A DNA stretch of 32,391 nucleotides from a virus (lineage: Duplodnaviria > Caudoviricetes), in the IMG/VR virus record IMGVR_UViG_3300017747_001195, positions 1-32,391 of that record; one strand, given 5' to 3'. The position numbers and the translations under genes were made by a program. The notes below the pieces were generated by a model. It did not search any database. It saw nothing but the letters and a program-made list of their open reading frames with translations, and was not told the DNA's origin. Shown here in pieces: positions 1 to 8,459 of this stretch. Positions within the stretch are counted from its first letter, which is position 1, and each line of letters starts with the position of its first letter.

Positions 1-1
1 G

Positions 2-28
2 GAAGCCTTAAAGGTTAAAGCAAAATAA
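2..28 (+). CDS. 3' end of an upstream gene (…EALKVKAK*), truncated by the window edge
   Basis: Open frame from base 2 ending in TAA 26-28, immediately followed by the RBS of the next gene. Confidence 0.4.
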   Translation, partial: EALKVKAK

Positions 29-38
29 GGAGATCACT

Positions 39-188
39 GTGAAACTCAAAAATATTAAGGGCGTCGTCGGCGAGAACCTGCCAGTCCAGCCAACGCTGAT
101 GGTCAAGCTCATGAACGTCAAGGGCAAGCTTACGGTCGCCATCGCTGCTGTTGTAGCTTTGATTGCAGCAATTTCTGAATTGATGTAA
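39..188 (+). CDS. 49-aa small membrane protein (possible lysis-related protein); not in ORF track
   Basis: AAGGAG RBS then GTG at 39; MKLKNIKGVVGENLPVQPTLMVKLMNVKGKLTVAIAAVVALIAAISELM* has a C-terminal hydrophobic helix; ends 10 nt before the next gene. Confidence 0.7.
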   Translation: MKLKNIKGVVGENLPVQPTLMVKLMNVKGKLTVAIAAVVALIAAISELM

Positions 189-198
189 GGTCTCCGCC

Positions 199-852
199 AT
201 GCCAGCTGCGATGACATACACCAGTCTGCTCAATGACCTCCGCGCTTACCTCGAGCGCGGGGCTACATTGGCGACCGATCCTACGGTCTATGAGCAGCTT
301 CCGAACCTCGTTAACCTTGCAGAGCGCCGCTTGCAGCGTGACATCAAGGTGGTCGGGACGATCAGTGTCGTTAGCTCGACGATGATTGATGGCACGGCAG
401 TTTACGCAAAGCCTGATAGGTGGCGTGAAACGGTCAGTATGTTCGCTGGGGTTGGCGCTGGCTTCAATACCCGCAAGGAGCTGTTCACGCGCTCCTATGA
501 ATACTGCCGGAACTATTGGCCAAACCAAACGTCGAAGGATGAGCCGCGCTTCTATGCTGATTACGACTATCAGCATTGGCTGATCGTCCCCACACCGGAC
601 GACGATTATCCTTACGAAATTCTTTACAATGAGCAGCCGGTTTATCTCGACGATAATACGCAGACGAACTGGTTCACTGAGTATGCGCCTGACGCGCTGC
701 TCTATGGTTCGCTGCTTGAGGCACAGCCATTCTTAAAGAACGAAGAAATGATCTCGGTGTGGGATCAGTTTTATCAACGCGCCATCGGGGCAATTAATGG
801 TGAGGATCGCCGCCAGATCGTTGATCGCGGCCTCATTCGTAGGGAGGACTAA
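199..852 (+). CDS. Putative head-tail adaptor (P22 gp4 / tail tubular protein A-like)
   Basis: 217 aa; N-terminal 'MTYTSLLNDLRAYLER…VNLAERRLQRD' and C-terminal 'TNWFTEYAPDALLYGSLLEAQPFLKN' are typical of podovirus adaptors; lies ahead of the tail genes. Confidence 0.7.
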   Translation: MPAAMTYTSLLNDLRAYLERGATLATDPTVYEQLPNLVNLAERRLQRDIKVVGTISVVSSTMIDGTAVYAKPDRWRETVSMFAGVGAGFNTRKELFTRSYEYCRNYWPNQTSKDEPRFYADYDYQHWLIVPTPDDDYPYEILYNEQPVYLDDNTQTNWFTEYAPDALLYGSLLEAQPFLKNEEMISVWDQFYQRAIGAINGEDRRQIVDRGLIRRED

Positions 853-855
853 CCC

Positions 856-2646
856 GTGACTTTCGTCCAGACTTTCGGCGGCACGAACATTTATTCGGCT
901 GAGCCTTCCTACCGTGCGATTGCACTGACAGCTAACGTAACTCTCTCTTGGCCGATTGAAATGTCGACGGATGAAAACGTCGTCGCCAAGATCATGGACG
1001 TTACGCCTAACGCCGTCAGCCGCGTCATCACGATGCCACCTGCCAATCAGGTCAGCGTCGGCCAGACTGCGCTGTTCTTCAACGTCGGCTCCTACACATT
1101 CACGGTCAACGACAACGCCGGAAACGCAATCGTATCGGTTGCTCCGGGCCTTGCGTGGCAGATTTACCTGACCGACAACGCGACGGCGGCTGGATCGTGG
1201 CGCACGGTCCAGTTCGGCGCTGGCTCATCATCGGCTACAGCTGGTGCGCTGACCGGGTATGGCATCATTGCTATTGCAAACACGCTTAATCAGGCGGCTC
1301 CCGTTTCAAACTTGGCTGTGAATTACACGATTGGCCTTCCTGATCGTGCCGGTGTCATCAACTGGACGGGTGGTGCTGGCACATTTACCCTGCCATCAGC
1401 ATCTTCCTGCGGAAACAACTGGTTCGTCTTAGTCCGTAACAGCGGTAACGGCGCGATTACTTTGGTGACTCCGGGCGGTGAGACCATCAATAACGATCCG
1501 ACAATGGCCTATAACCCGGGTGATAGCGCAATCGTTATCTGTGACGGGGCTGACTTCTACACGGTTGGATTCGGGCAAGCTCCAGAGTATCTGTTTGATT
1601 ACGTATCTATCGATCTCACGGGGCAGACCAGTCCGTACATTCTGAGTGGCGCAAACCTGAACCGCATTTCCTATAACTTCACGGGCACGCTGCTCGCGAA
1701 CATGGTCATTCAGGTTCCGAACACGATCCAGCAGTACTGGGTATCGAACCAGACTTCAGGGGCATACACGCTTGGACTTTCGACATCCGGTGGAACAGCG
1801 GCTGATGTCACGCAAGGCGCGCGCGCCATCCTGTATTGCGACGGCACGAATGTTTACTACGCCCAGACAGGTGGTCTTGCGCTTCCCATCACAATTTCTC
1901 AAGGTGGTACAGGCGCTACGAACATTACGACAGCGCGGACCAACCTTGGGGCTACATCTGTCGGCGTTGCTGTATTTACCGCAGCAAACGCTACTGCAGG
2001 CCGCGTAGCAATCTCTGCCGCTGCATCTGGGGCCAACAGTGACATCACATCACTATCTGGCCTAACGACGCCTTTGACTGTTCCTCAGGGGGGGACGGGT
2101 GTAGCGACGATCACGGGCGTAATTAAAGGAAATGGCACGTCTGCACTGACAGCCGCGACTGCCGGCACGGATTTTGTTGCGCCCGGAACTGCGACGACGT
2201 TCACGGCTACTCAGACGTTTACCGGATCGACATCTGTTCCCGCTGAGATTGTGCGGAATATCGTTGAGCCTGTCACGGTATCCGCAACGGCTGCGACCGG
2301 CACGATTGCGGTTTATCCATCAACGCAGTCCGTTCTTTATTACACAACGAACGCCTCGGCTAACTTCACTGTCAATCTGACGTGGTCTTCCGGGACAACG
2401 ATGAATACCGCTCTCTCGACTGGTCAGGCTGTGACTGTTGCATTCATGGTTACGAATGGCGCGACCGCGTATTATAACAACGTAATTCAGGTTGATGGAA
2501 CCACGTCCGGCGTCACTACAAAATGGCAAGGCGGCATTGCTCCGGTTGGCGGGAACGCCAGCAGCATCGACATTTACACGTACACGGTAATTAAAACTGG
2601 TAGCGCCACATTCACGGTGCTGGCATCTCAAACCAAATTTGCGTGA
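856..2646 (+). CDS. Tail fibre / tail-associated protein
   Basis: 596 aa, T/G/S/A-rich; 'ISQGGTGAT…ARTNLG' and 'GANSDITSLSGLTTPLTVPQGGTG' fibre repeats; C-terminal 'KWQGGIAP…SIDIYTY' fibre-tip domain; GGAGG RBS, GTG start. Confidence 0.8.
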   Translation: MTFVQTFGGTNIYSAEPSYRAIALTANVTLSWPIEMSTDENVVAKIMDVTPNAVSRVITMPPANQVSVGQTALFFNVGSYTFTVNDNAGNAIVSVAPGLAWQIYLTDNATAAGSWRTVQFGAGSSSATAGALTGYGIIAIANTLNQAAPVSNLAVNYTIGLPDRAGVINWTGGAGTFTLPSASSCGNNWFVLVRNSGNGAITLVTPGGETINNDPTMAYNPGDSAIVICDGADFYTVGFGQAPEYLFDYVSIDLTGQTSPYILSGANLNRISYNFTGTLLANMVIQVPNTIQQYWVSNQTSGAYTLGLSTSGGTAADVTQGARAILYCDGTNVYYAQTGGLALPITISQGGTGATNITTARTNLGATSVGVAVFTAANATAGRVAISAAASGANSDITSLSGLTTPLTVPQGGTGVATITGVIKGNGTSALTAATAGTDFVAPGTATTFTATQTFTGSTSVPAEIVRNIVEPVTVSATAATGTIAVYPSTQSVLYYTTNASANFTVNLTWSSGTTMNTALSTGQAVTVAFMVTNGATAYYNNVIQVDGTTSGVTTKWQGGIAPVGGNASSIDIYTYTVIKTGSATFTVLASQTKFA

Positions 2647-2656
2647 GGATGAGCCA

Positions 2657-3472
2657 TTGCCAACCTTGGTAACCAGAGGTGCAGCAAGTGCTATAGGTTT
2701 CGGCTTTGCCGGAGCTGTCGCTGGTCAGCAGGCATTCACCACTCCCGGAACTTATTCATGGCAGGTTCCGGCTGGAGTCACTAGCGTATGCGTTGTCTGC
2801 ATTGGCGGCGGCGCTAGAGGCGGTGCCGGGCTTGGTTGGAAGAACAATATATCAGTCACCCCCGGCTCCAGCATTACAGTTGTTGTTGGAGCCGGGTCGG
2901 ACAAGAACGGCTCGACTCCGGGTGATAGCTATTTCCAAAGCACCTCTTTGGTTCGCGGGATTGCTGCGAATAGCACAACTGGCGGCGGTTACGTCGGTGA
3001 TGGCGGGGGAAATGGCGGGAGCGCAGTACCTTCAGGGGACAGCTGGGGCGGCGGCGGTGCTGGCGGCTATTCCGGTAATGGCGGAAATGGTGGCCCTGCT
3101 GACACTTGTGGTGATAACGGTTCTGGCGGCGGTGGCGGTGGAGGCGGCGGCGGCAATATAGGCTCTGTGTATGGCACATGGACTGGCGGCGGCGGTGGGG
3201 GTGGCACTGGCATTTTGGGTCAAGGCTCTTCTGGTGCGGGCGGCTGCCCCAATGACACGTCCACCGGCGGAGGTTCTGGAGGCTCAGGCGGCAATAGTGG
3301 TGGGATTGGCATCGATTTCCCTCCGGGCGGTATCGCTGGCGGAGGTGGCGCATATGGTGGCGGTGGCGGCTACGGCTCAGGTGATGGCATTGCCGGAGGA
3401 TCTGGCGGCGCTGTGCGCATTATCTGGGGTGCTGGTCGCGCATTCCCGTCAACTAATACAGGGAATCTATAA
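2657..3472 (+). CDS. Glycine-rich tail-fibre-associated protein
   Basis: 'FTTPGTYSWQVPAGVTSVCVVCIGGG' start and 'GGSGGAVRIIW' end flank many GG runs; TTG start at 2657 follows GAGGA (track start 2639 overlaps the upstream gene). Confidence 0.75.
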   Translation: MPTLVTRGAASAIGFGFAGAVAGQQAFTTPGTYSWQVPAGVTSVCVVCIGGGARGGAGLGWKNNISVTPGSSITVVVGAGSDKNGSTPGDSYFQSTSLVRGIAANSTTGGGYVGDGGGNGGSAVPSGDSWGGGGAGGYSGNGGNGGPADTCGDNGSGGGGGGGGGGNIGSVYGTWTGGGGGGGTGILGQGSSGAGGCPNDTSTGGGSGGSGGNSGGIGIDFPPGGIAGGGGAYGGGGGYGSGDGIAGGSGGAVRIIWGAGRAFPSTNTGNL

Positions 3473-5094
3473 TGATCATTCCCGTCAATCTCAGATCTAA
3501 GCCCGGCATCAAACGGGACGGCACGCGCTTCGAGGGCGACTATTACGTTGACGGCCAGTGGGTTCGCTTCCAGCGTGGGCTGCCGCGTAAGATTGGCGGC
3601 TATCGGCAGATCAGCAATTACATCAGCGGCGTCGTGCGCCAGTTCTATACGCAGGCGCAGAACAATCTGGTGTACACGCACGTCGGCCATTCAAACGGCA
3701 TACAGCGTTTCACGATTGATCAGTTCGGTAACACCAGCGCGCCGTCAGATCGCACGCCTCTGGGGTTCACATCCGACAGTCAGTACCAGTGGAACTTCGA
3801 CGCCATGTTTGATTCGGCTGGCGGCTCGACGATTGTGCTGGCGAACGGAACACTGACCCTAGATGATATATCGCAAACGACGAGCAAGCCTGTTTACTTT
3901 GGCGACATCTACGGCACAGCACCGCTGCAGCCGCTTGTGGATACGGTCTCAGGTAATCCTCTGACAACCTGCGGCAACATCGTCGTTCTGCACCCGTACC
4001 TATTCTTGCTATGCAATAACGGATACGTGCGCTGGTCAGACGTAAACGACCCTCAGAACTTCAGCACTGGCGACGCAGGCGATGCGTATATCAGCAGCTC
4101 AAAGCTCATCAAGGGTCTGCCCCTGCGTGGCGGTGGTCAGTCCCCTGCCGGCCTGTTCTGGACGCTCGATAGCCTGATCCGCTGCACCTACACGGGCGGC
4201 ATTGATGTGTTCCGGTTTGATACCGTAACAGCTTCTACGTCGGTGTTGGCGACGAATGGCATCATTGAGTATGACGGTATCTATTTCTGGATCGGTCTTG
4301 ACCGCTTCCTGATGTACAACGGTGTTGTTCGTGAAGTCGCAAACAACATGAACATCAATGACTTCTTCGATAACCTGAACTTCCAAGCCGCGAATAAGAT
4401 CTTCGCCGTCAAGGTGCCGCGCTTCGGTGAAATCTGGTGGTGCTACCCGCGTGGACAGGCGACGGAATGCACGCACGCCGTCATCTATAACGTGCGCGAG
4501 GATACGTGGTATGACTGCGAGCTGCCGAATGGCGGGCGCTCAGCTGGTATCTACGCGCAGGTGTATCAGTCGCCTCTGCTTGCTGGTATTCAGGCGATTG
4601 AGCCACCTGCAGGCGATCTGCGTATCACACAGGCCAGTGACTCCCGTATCACGCAGGACGGCGACTTCCGTATCACTGACACTGGTTACACGGCCTATAA
4701 GATATGGCAGCACGAATACGGCGTTGATGAGATCGATGGCAGCAGCATTAATGCTGTGCGCTCGTTCTTCGAGACTGGCGACATTTCGCTGCTCACCAAC
4801 GAGCAGCCGCAGAGCAAGTCGATCCGCATCGAGATGATCGAGCCTGACTTTGTGCAGTCGGGTGATATGTCAGTTCAGGTCACAGGTCGCATCAACGCCC
4901 GTGCGCCTGAGGTTCTCAGCCCGCCGAAGATCTTCCCGGCTGTGGCGACGGAGCCATACGAACAGCAGGTGTTCTTCAAGGATCAGCGCCGCGAACTGCG
5001 CTTCCGCTTTGAAAGCAATACGGTTGGCGGCGACTACCAGATGGGTCAGGTCATCGTTCACATCGAAGTCGGTGACGGAAGGTATCAGAGCTAA
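3472..5094 (+). CDS. Tail nozzle / packaged-DNA stabilisation protein (P22 gp10 / tubular protein B-like)
   Basis: 540 aa, beta-rich; 'YVDGQWVRFQRGLPRKIGG', 'VRWSD…P', 'FGEIWWCYP', 'AVIYNVREDTWY' motifs; TAATG coupling with the upstream gene. Confidence 0.75.
   Translation: MIIPVNLRSKPGIKRDGTRFEGDYYVDGQWVRFQRGLPRKIGGYRQISNYISGVVRQFYTQAQNNLVYTHVGHSNGIQRFTIDQFGNTSAPSDRTPLGFTSDSQYQWNFDAMFDSAGGSTIVLANGTLTLDDISQTTSKPVYFGDIYGTAPLQPLVDTVSGNPLTTCGNIVVLHPYLFLLCNNGYVRWSDVNDPQNFSTGDAGDAYISSSKLIKGLPLRGGGQSPAGLFWTLDSLIRCTYTGGIDVFRFDTVTASTSVLATNGIIEYDGIYFWIGLDRFLMYNGVVREVANNMNINDFFDNLNFQAANKIFAVKVPRFGEIWWCYPRGQATECTHAVIYNVREDTWYDCELPNGGRSAGIYAQVYQSPLLAGIQAIEPPAGDLRITQASDSRITQDGDFRITDTGYTAYKIWQHEYGVDEIDGSSINAVRSFFETGDISLLTNEQPQSKSIRIEMIEPDFVQSGDMSVQVTGRINARAPEVLSPPKIFPAVATEPYEQQVFFKDQRRELRFRFESNTVGGDYQMGQVIVHIEVGDGRYQS
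4615..4680 (+). repeat. Three imperfect 24-nt (8-aa) in-frame repeats D-x-R-I-T-(Q/D)
   Basis: DLRITQAS / DSRITQDG / DFRITD; CGTATCAC is present in all three copies. Confidence 0.8.
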
Positions 5095-5095
5095 G

Positions 5096-5638
5096 ATGAA
5101 ACCCGAGACGCTTCGACAGCTTTTGTCATATAACCCTGATACTGGTAGTCTTATTTGGCTTCCACGCGATGATAGCTGGTTTAAAAAACCGAGTGATGCA
5201 AAGAGATGGAACTCTCGCTACGCTCATACCAAGGCATTCACTACCAAAATAAAAGGATACCTTAAGGGGCGCATCCTTGAAAAGGATTATTACGCGCACC
5301 GCGTTTGTTGGGCATTACATCACGAAAAATGGCCTGAATTTCAAGTCGATCACATCAATGGAAACCGAGAAGATAACAGAATCAAAAATCTTCGTGACGT
5401 AGACTGCTTGGAAAACCAAAAAAATCTTGCCTTAAGGGGTGACAATAAAGCTGGTCGGATAGGGGTCAGTTGGAATTCCCAAGAAAGCAAGTGGGTTGCT
5501 AGCATAACTGTTAATAGAAAATGGATTTTTCTTGGACGATACCGGGATGTCAATCTTGCGGTTGCTGCTCGCAAAGCTGCTGAAGATCTATATGGATACC
5601 ATAAAAATCACGGCAGAATTAGGAGCGCCCAGTCATGA
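5096..5638 (+). CDS. Free-standing HNH homing endonuclease with C-terminal AP2-like DNA-binding domain
   Basis: 'LSYNPDTG', 'YYAHRVCWALH…VDHINGNREDNRIKNLR…EN..N', 'GVSWN…KWVASITVN…FLGRY…AVAARKAAE'; more AT-rich than its flanks; ATG at 5096 is more plausible than track start 4850. Confidence 0.9.
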   Translation: MKPETLRQLLSYNPDTGSLIWLPRDDSWFKKPSDAKRWNSRYAHTKAFTTKIKGYLKGRILEKDYYAHRVCWALHHEKWPEFQVDHINGNREDNRIKNLRDVDCLENQKNLALRGDNKAGRIGVSWNSQESKWVASITVNRKWIFLGRYRDVNLAVAARKAAEDLYGYHKNHGRIRSAQS

Positions 5639-5874
5639 CGGTAGACCCGCGCTATATCCCGACATTCAAGGACTGGGCGGACTATTCCTACCCCGACTTG
5701 GAGCGGTATGGCGCGATTGCCACTGTGATTGATGATAGTGATTGGCAAAACTGGGGCGCTGGGTTATTGTCGCTCAACGGAATTGCGTCAGCTGGGGTTC
5801 CGAATCCTTATCAGTTCGATGACTGGAAGGAATGGGCGATGCGGCTGAACCAGATTATTGATCAGGGAACGTAG
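5635..5874 (+). CDS. Small Trp-rich hypothetical virion-module protein (79 aa)
   Basis: ATGA overlap with the HNH stop, AGGAG RBS; 'DPR…WAD…DWQNWG…PNPYQFDDWKEWA'. Confidence 0.75.
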   Translation: MTVDPRYIPTFKDWADYSYPDLERYGAIATVIDDSDWQNWGAGLLSLNGIASAGVPNPYQFDDWKEWAMRLNQIIDQGT

Positions 5875-8459
5875 TGATGGCTGAGATGGAAGACATTGGC
5901 ACAATCTCTGGCATCGGGAACTACAGCCCGAGTGGTGGTGCGGTTGCACCGAACACTGGCGCTTATCTTTCTATCGTAGCTGGTTCTCCTGAATATAAGT
6001 ATTTCACGACGCCATTGTCCAACAAGGGCAACCCGACATCGTACTTCTCGAACAATTCAATTGCCGTTACGCCGACTACTCCAGTTCGCTTAATCAACAT
6101 GGCGACACGCGAGGTTGTTACGCAGGGAACTGGTTATGCCGGCGCAGAAGATGCCATCGCAAAGGCCGCGCAGCTAACTGCAGCTGGTGGTAATAAGGCT
6201 AGTTGGGAAATTCAGATTGTCCCCCCAGAGTCCACCAGCTTTAAAACAGTTGCGCGCGAGAAGCGTAATCAAAGCTTTATAAATCAGGCGCTAGACGTTG
6301 TCGGCGACGCAGCACTCGGCCTTATGATTGGTGGACCGATTGGCGCAGCCATTGCTACTGGTGCAAGCATTGCTGGCGTTAACGTATCTGATATCGCTTA
6401 CCCAGTCCTTGGGACGATGACCGGCCTCGGCCCGATTGCTGGGGCTGCATTGGGGTCGGCGACATCCAGCGCGATACAGGGTCGTTCTTTTAAGGAAACT
6501 CTTATCCGCGCAGGTATGACCGCGTTGACTGCCGGGATTATGGAGAAGACTGGCTTTGGTAACAAGATTACCGATGCCGTCAGTGACGCCTTGAAGGATG
6601 TTGGCTTCAAGCCACTCATTGATGATGTCATCAAGAATGTTTCGTCAGGGGCGCTCACCAAGCAGGCGGGTGATGAGATCATCGCCACTGCCATTATCAG
6701 CCAAGCGGGGTCGTCCACTACAGCAGCTACAGTTTCTTCGCTGGCAAGCTCTGTCGCGCAGACCAACCCGGGATACAAACTTGATGCAGAAGCCAGCTCT
6801 AAGCTGACGCAGGCTGACCCTAATACTGCTAATAGCACGCTCGTCACTGGCACAACCGGTGCTGGAACTGGAGCTACGGCTGGTATCAGCAGCACAGCCG
6901 CCACCACTGGTGGTACGAACACAACAAACAACCAGACCACCAACAACACGGAAAAGTCTGACTACACTGCGACTGGCACGCCCGGCGCTGGCACTGGCAC
7001 TACGGCTGGCATAGGCAGCACAGCTACAAACGCTGGTGATACGAACAAAACAAATAACGAAACAAACAAAGACACAGAGAAATCTGACTACACCGCTACC
7101 GGCACTCGTGGTGCTGGGACTGGTGTGACATCCAGCTTGGTATCCAACACAATGCAAATTGATCCGGAAGTCCAGAAGAAGATTGATGAGCAGCTTCAGA
7201 AGAATGATGAGACCAAGGGTCTAACCACGATGGATCTCATTCGTCTTGGCCTTCTAACTCCCGCTTTGATTGCTCAACTTGTGGGCGCGTTTGGCGGAGG
7301 TGATGGCGGTGATGTCGTTAATACTGGGGCTGGCACAAAGGTTGACTACACGCCACTAAGGCGCGCGCAAAATGTTGGAACGCCTGACACGGTTCAGGCT
7401 GGTCTGGGTAGCTATGGCTACAATCCATTTACTTACGGGCAAGCTGGCTTAGGTCAGCCGGAAGAGTATCTATTCTTTGGTAAGCCAGTAACTCCATCCG
7501 TTACTGCAAGGCCGGCAGCCACTACGCAGGTTGCTGGCATCAGTGCCCCAGCTGCTACGACGACTACCGCAGGGGGCGGCACGACCGGTAACCCACCCCC
7601 GGGTAGCCCACCCCCGGGTGGCACGACGGGTGGTACGACAGGTGGCACCAACGTAGGTACTGGTGGTAACGCAAGCCTAACTCTGCCGCCGGGAACCAAC
7701 GTCGGAGGCGGCACTCCAATTATTCTTGAGGGCGGGAATAAAGGTCCATCCACCCCAGCCAACACGGGATACACTCCTGCTCAGCTTACTGGCCGACAGA
7801 ACTATTTCGATCTGATGCGCGACCCGAATGTGGCGAGTTTGACTAGCAATATTAACAAGACGATTGCCAGCCAGCTTAATGCAAACAAGATTTCTCTTGA
7901 GCAGGCGCGTGGAATTAACAATCAGCTTCAGGCATTATACCAATCCGGCACTGCCAACGCAGATGCCATACGCGGGTTGGCCACAACCGCTTTGCGGGGC
8001 GCTACTACCGCTTACAAGGCGGGCTCTCCGACTACTACTTTGCTAGCGGCTCAGAACCCTGACAGCGCCACGTATCAAGCTGGTGTTGGCCCCGCAGATA
8101 TTTATGCTGCCGAGGGTGGGTATATCGGATACGCAGACGGTGGCGAAGTCGGTGATGATATGGTAAGCCACCTGATCGCTTATCGTAAAGGCGGTGGTCA
8201 TGATGGACCCGGGCACGTCAAGGGTATTGGCAGTGGGCAGGAGGATAAGATTCCTGCGTGGCTATCCGATGGCGAATACGTCTGGAGTGCGCAGGACGTT
8301 GCCGATCTTGGTGACGGATCTACCGACGAAGGTGTCCGCCGTCTTGACAAGATGCGTCAAATGGTGCGGAAACGTGCTGGGCGTAAGGACGTGAAGAAGA
8401 TTGCGAAGCCGCAGAAGGGCATTGATGAGATGCTGATGGCGGTTGGAGGAAGAGTGTAA
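5874..8459 (+). CDS. Putative internal virion / ejection protein (861 aa, low complexity)
   Basis: Gly/Ala hydrophobic segments and T/G/N repeats; C-terminal 'GPGHVKGIGSGQEDKIPAWLSDGEYVWSAQDVADLGDGSTDEG' motif known from tape-measure and ejection proteins; start GTG 5874 or ATG 5877. Confidence 0.65.
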   Translation: MMAEMEDIGTISGIGNYSPSGGAVAPNTGAYLSIVAGSPEYKYFTTPLSNKGNPTSYFSNNSIAVTPTTPVRLINMATREVVTQGTGYAGAEDAIAKAAQLTAAGGNKASWEIQIVPPESTSFKTVAREKRNQSFINQALDVVGDAALGLMIGGPIGAAIATGASIAGVNVSDIAYPVLGTMTGLGPIAGAALGSATSSAIQGRSFKETLIRAGMTALTAGIMEKTGFGNKITDAVSDALKDVGFKPLIDDVIKNVSSGALTKQAGDEIIATAIISQAGSSTTAATVSSLASSVAQTNPGYKLDAEASSKLTQADPNTANSTLVTGTTGAGTGATAGISSTAATTGGTNTTNNQTTNNTEKSDYTATGTPGAGTGTTAGIGSTATNAGDTNKTNNETNKDTEKSDYTATGTRGAGTGVTSSLVSNTMQIDPEVQKKIDEQLQKNDETKGLTTMDLIRLGLLTPALIAQLVGAFGGGDGGDVVNTGAGTKVDYTPLRRAQNVGTPDTVQAGLGSYGYNPFTYGQAGLGQPEEYLFFGKPVTPSVTARPAATTQVAGISAPAATTTTAGGGTTGNPPPGSPPPGGTTGGTTGGTNVGTGGNASLTLPPGTNVGGGTPIILEGGNKGPSTPANTGYTPAQLTGRQNYFDLMRDPNVASLTSNINKTIASQLNANKISLEQARGINNQLQALYQSGTANADAIRGLATTALRGATTAYKAGSPTTTLLAAQNPDSATYQAGVGPADIYAAEGGYIGYADGGEVGDDMVSHLIAYRKGGGHDGPGHVKGIGSGQEDKIPAWLSDGEYVWSAQDVADLGDGSTDEGVRRLDKMRQMVRKRAGRKDVKKIAKPQKGIDEMLMAVGGRV
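6843..7130 (+). repeat. ~2.5 copies of a ~42-aa Thr/Gly/Asn repeat inside the 861-aa ORF
   Basis: TEKSDYTATGT.GAGTG begins at 6948 and 7074 (126 nt apart); partial copy 'VTGTTGAGTGATAGI' at ~6843. Confidence 0.8.

Noticed and set aside
2990-3420. GGC-rich stretch as a DNA repeat array or DGR target
   Set aside because: It is explained by glycine codons; no reverse transcriptase or template/variable repeat pair is seen
4850-5095. Track's 82-aa N-terminal extension of the HNH ORF
   Set aside because: It overlaps the nozzle gene out of frame; the HNH-like sequence begins at ATG 5096
6398-7774. Long antisense ORFs opposite the 861-aa gene
   Set aside because: Shadow frames of low-complexity GC-rich coding sequence, with no RBS or motifs
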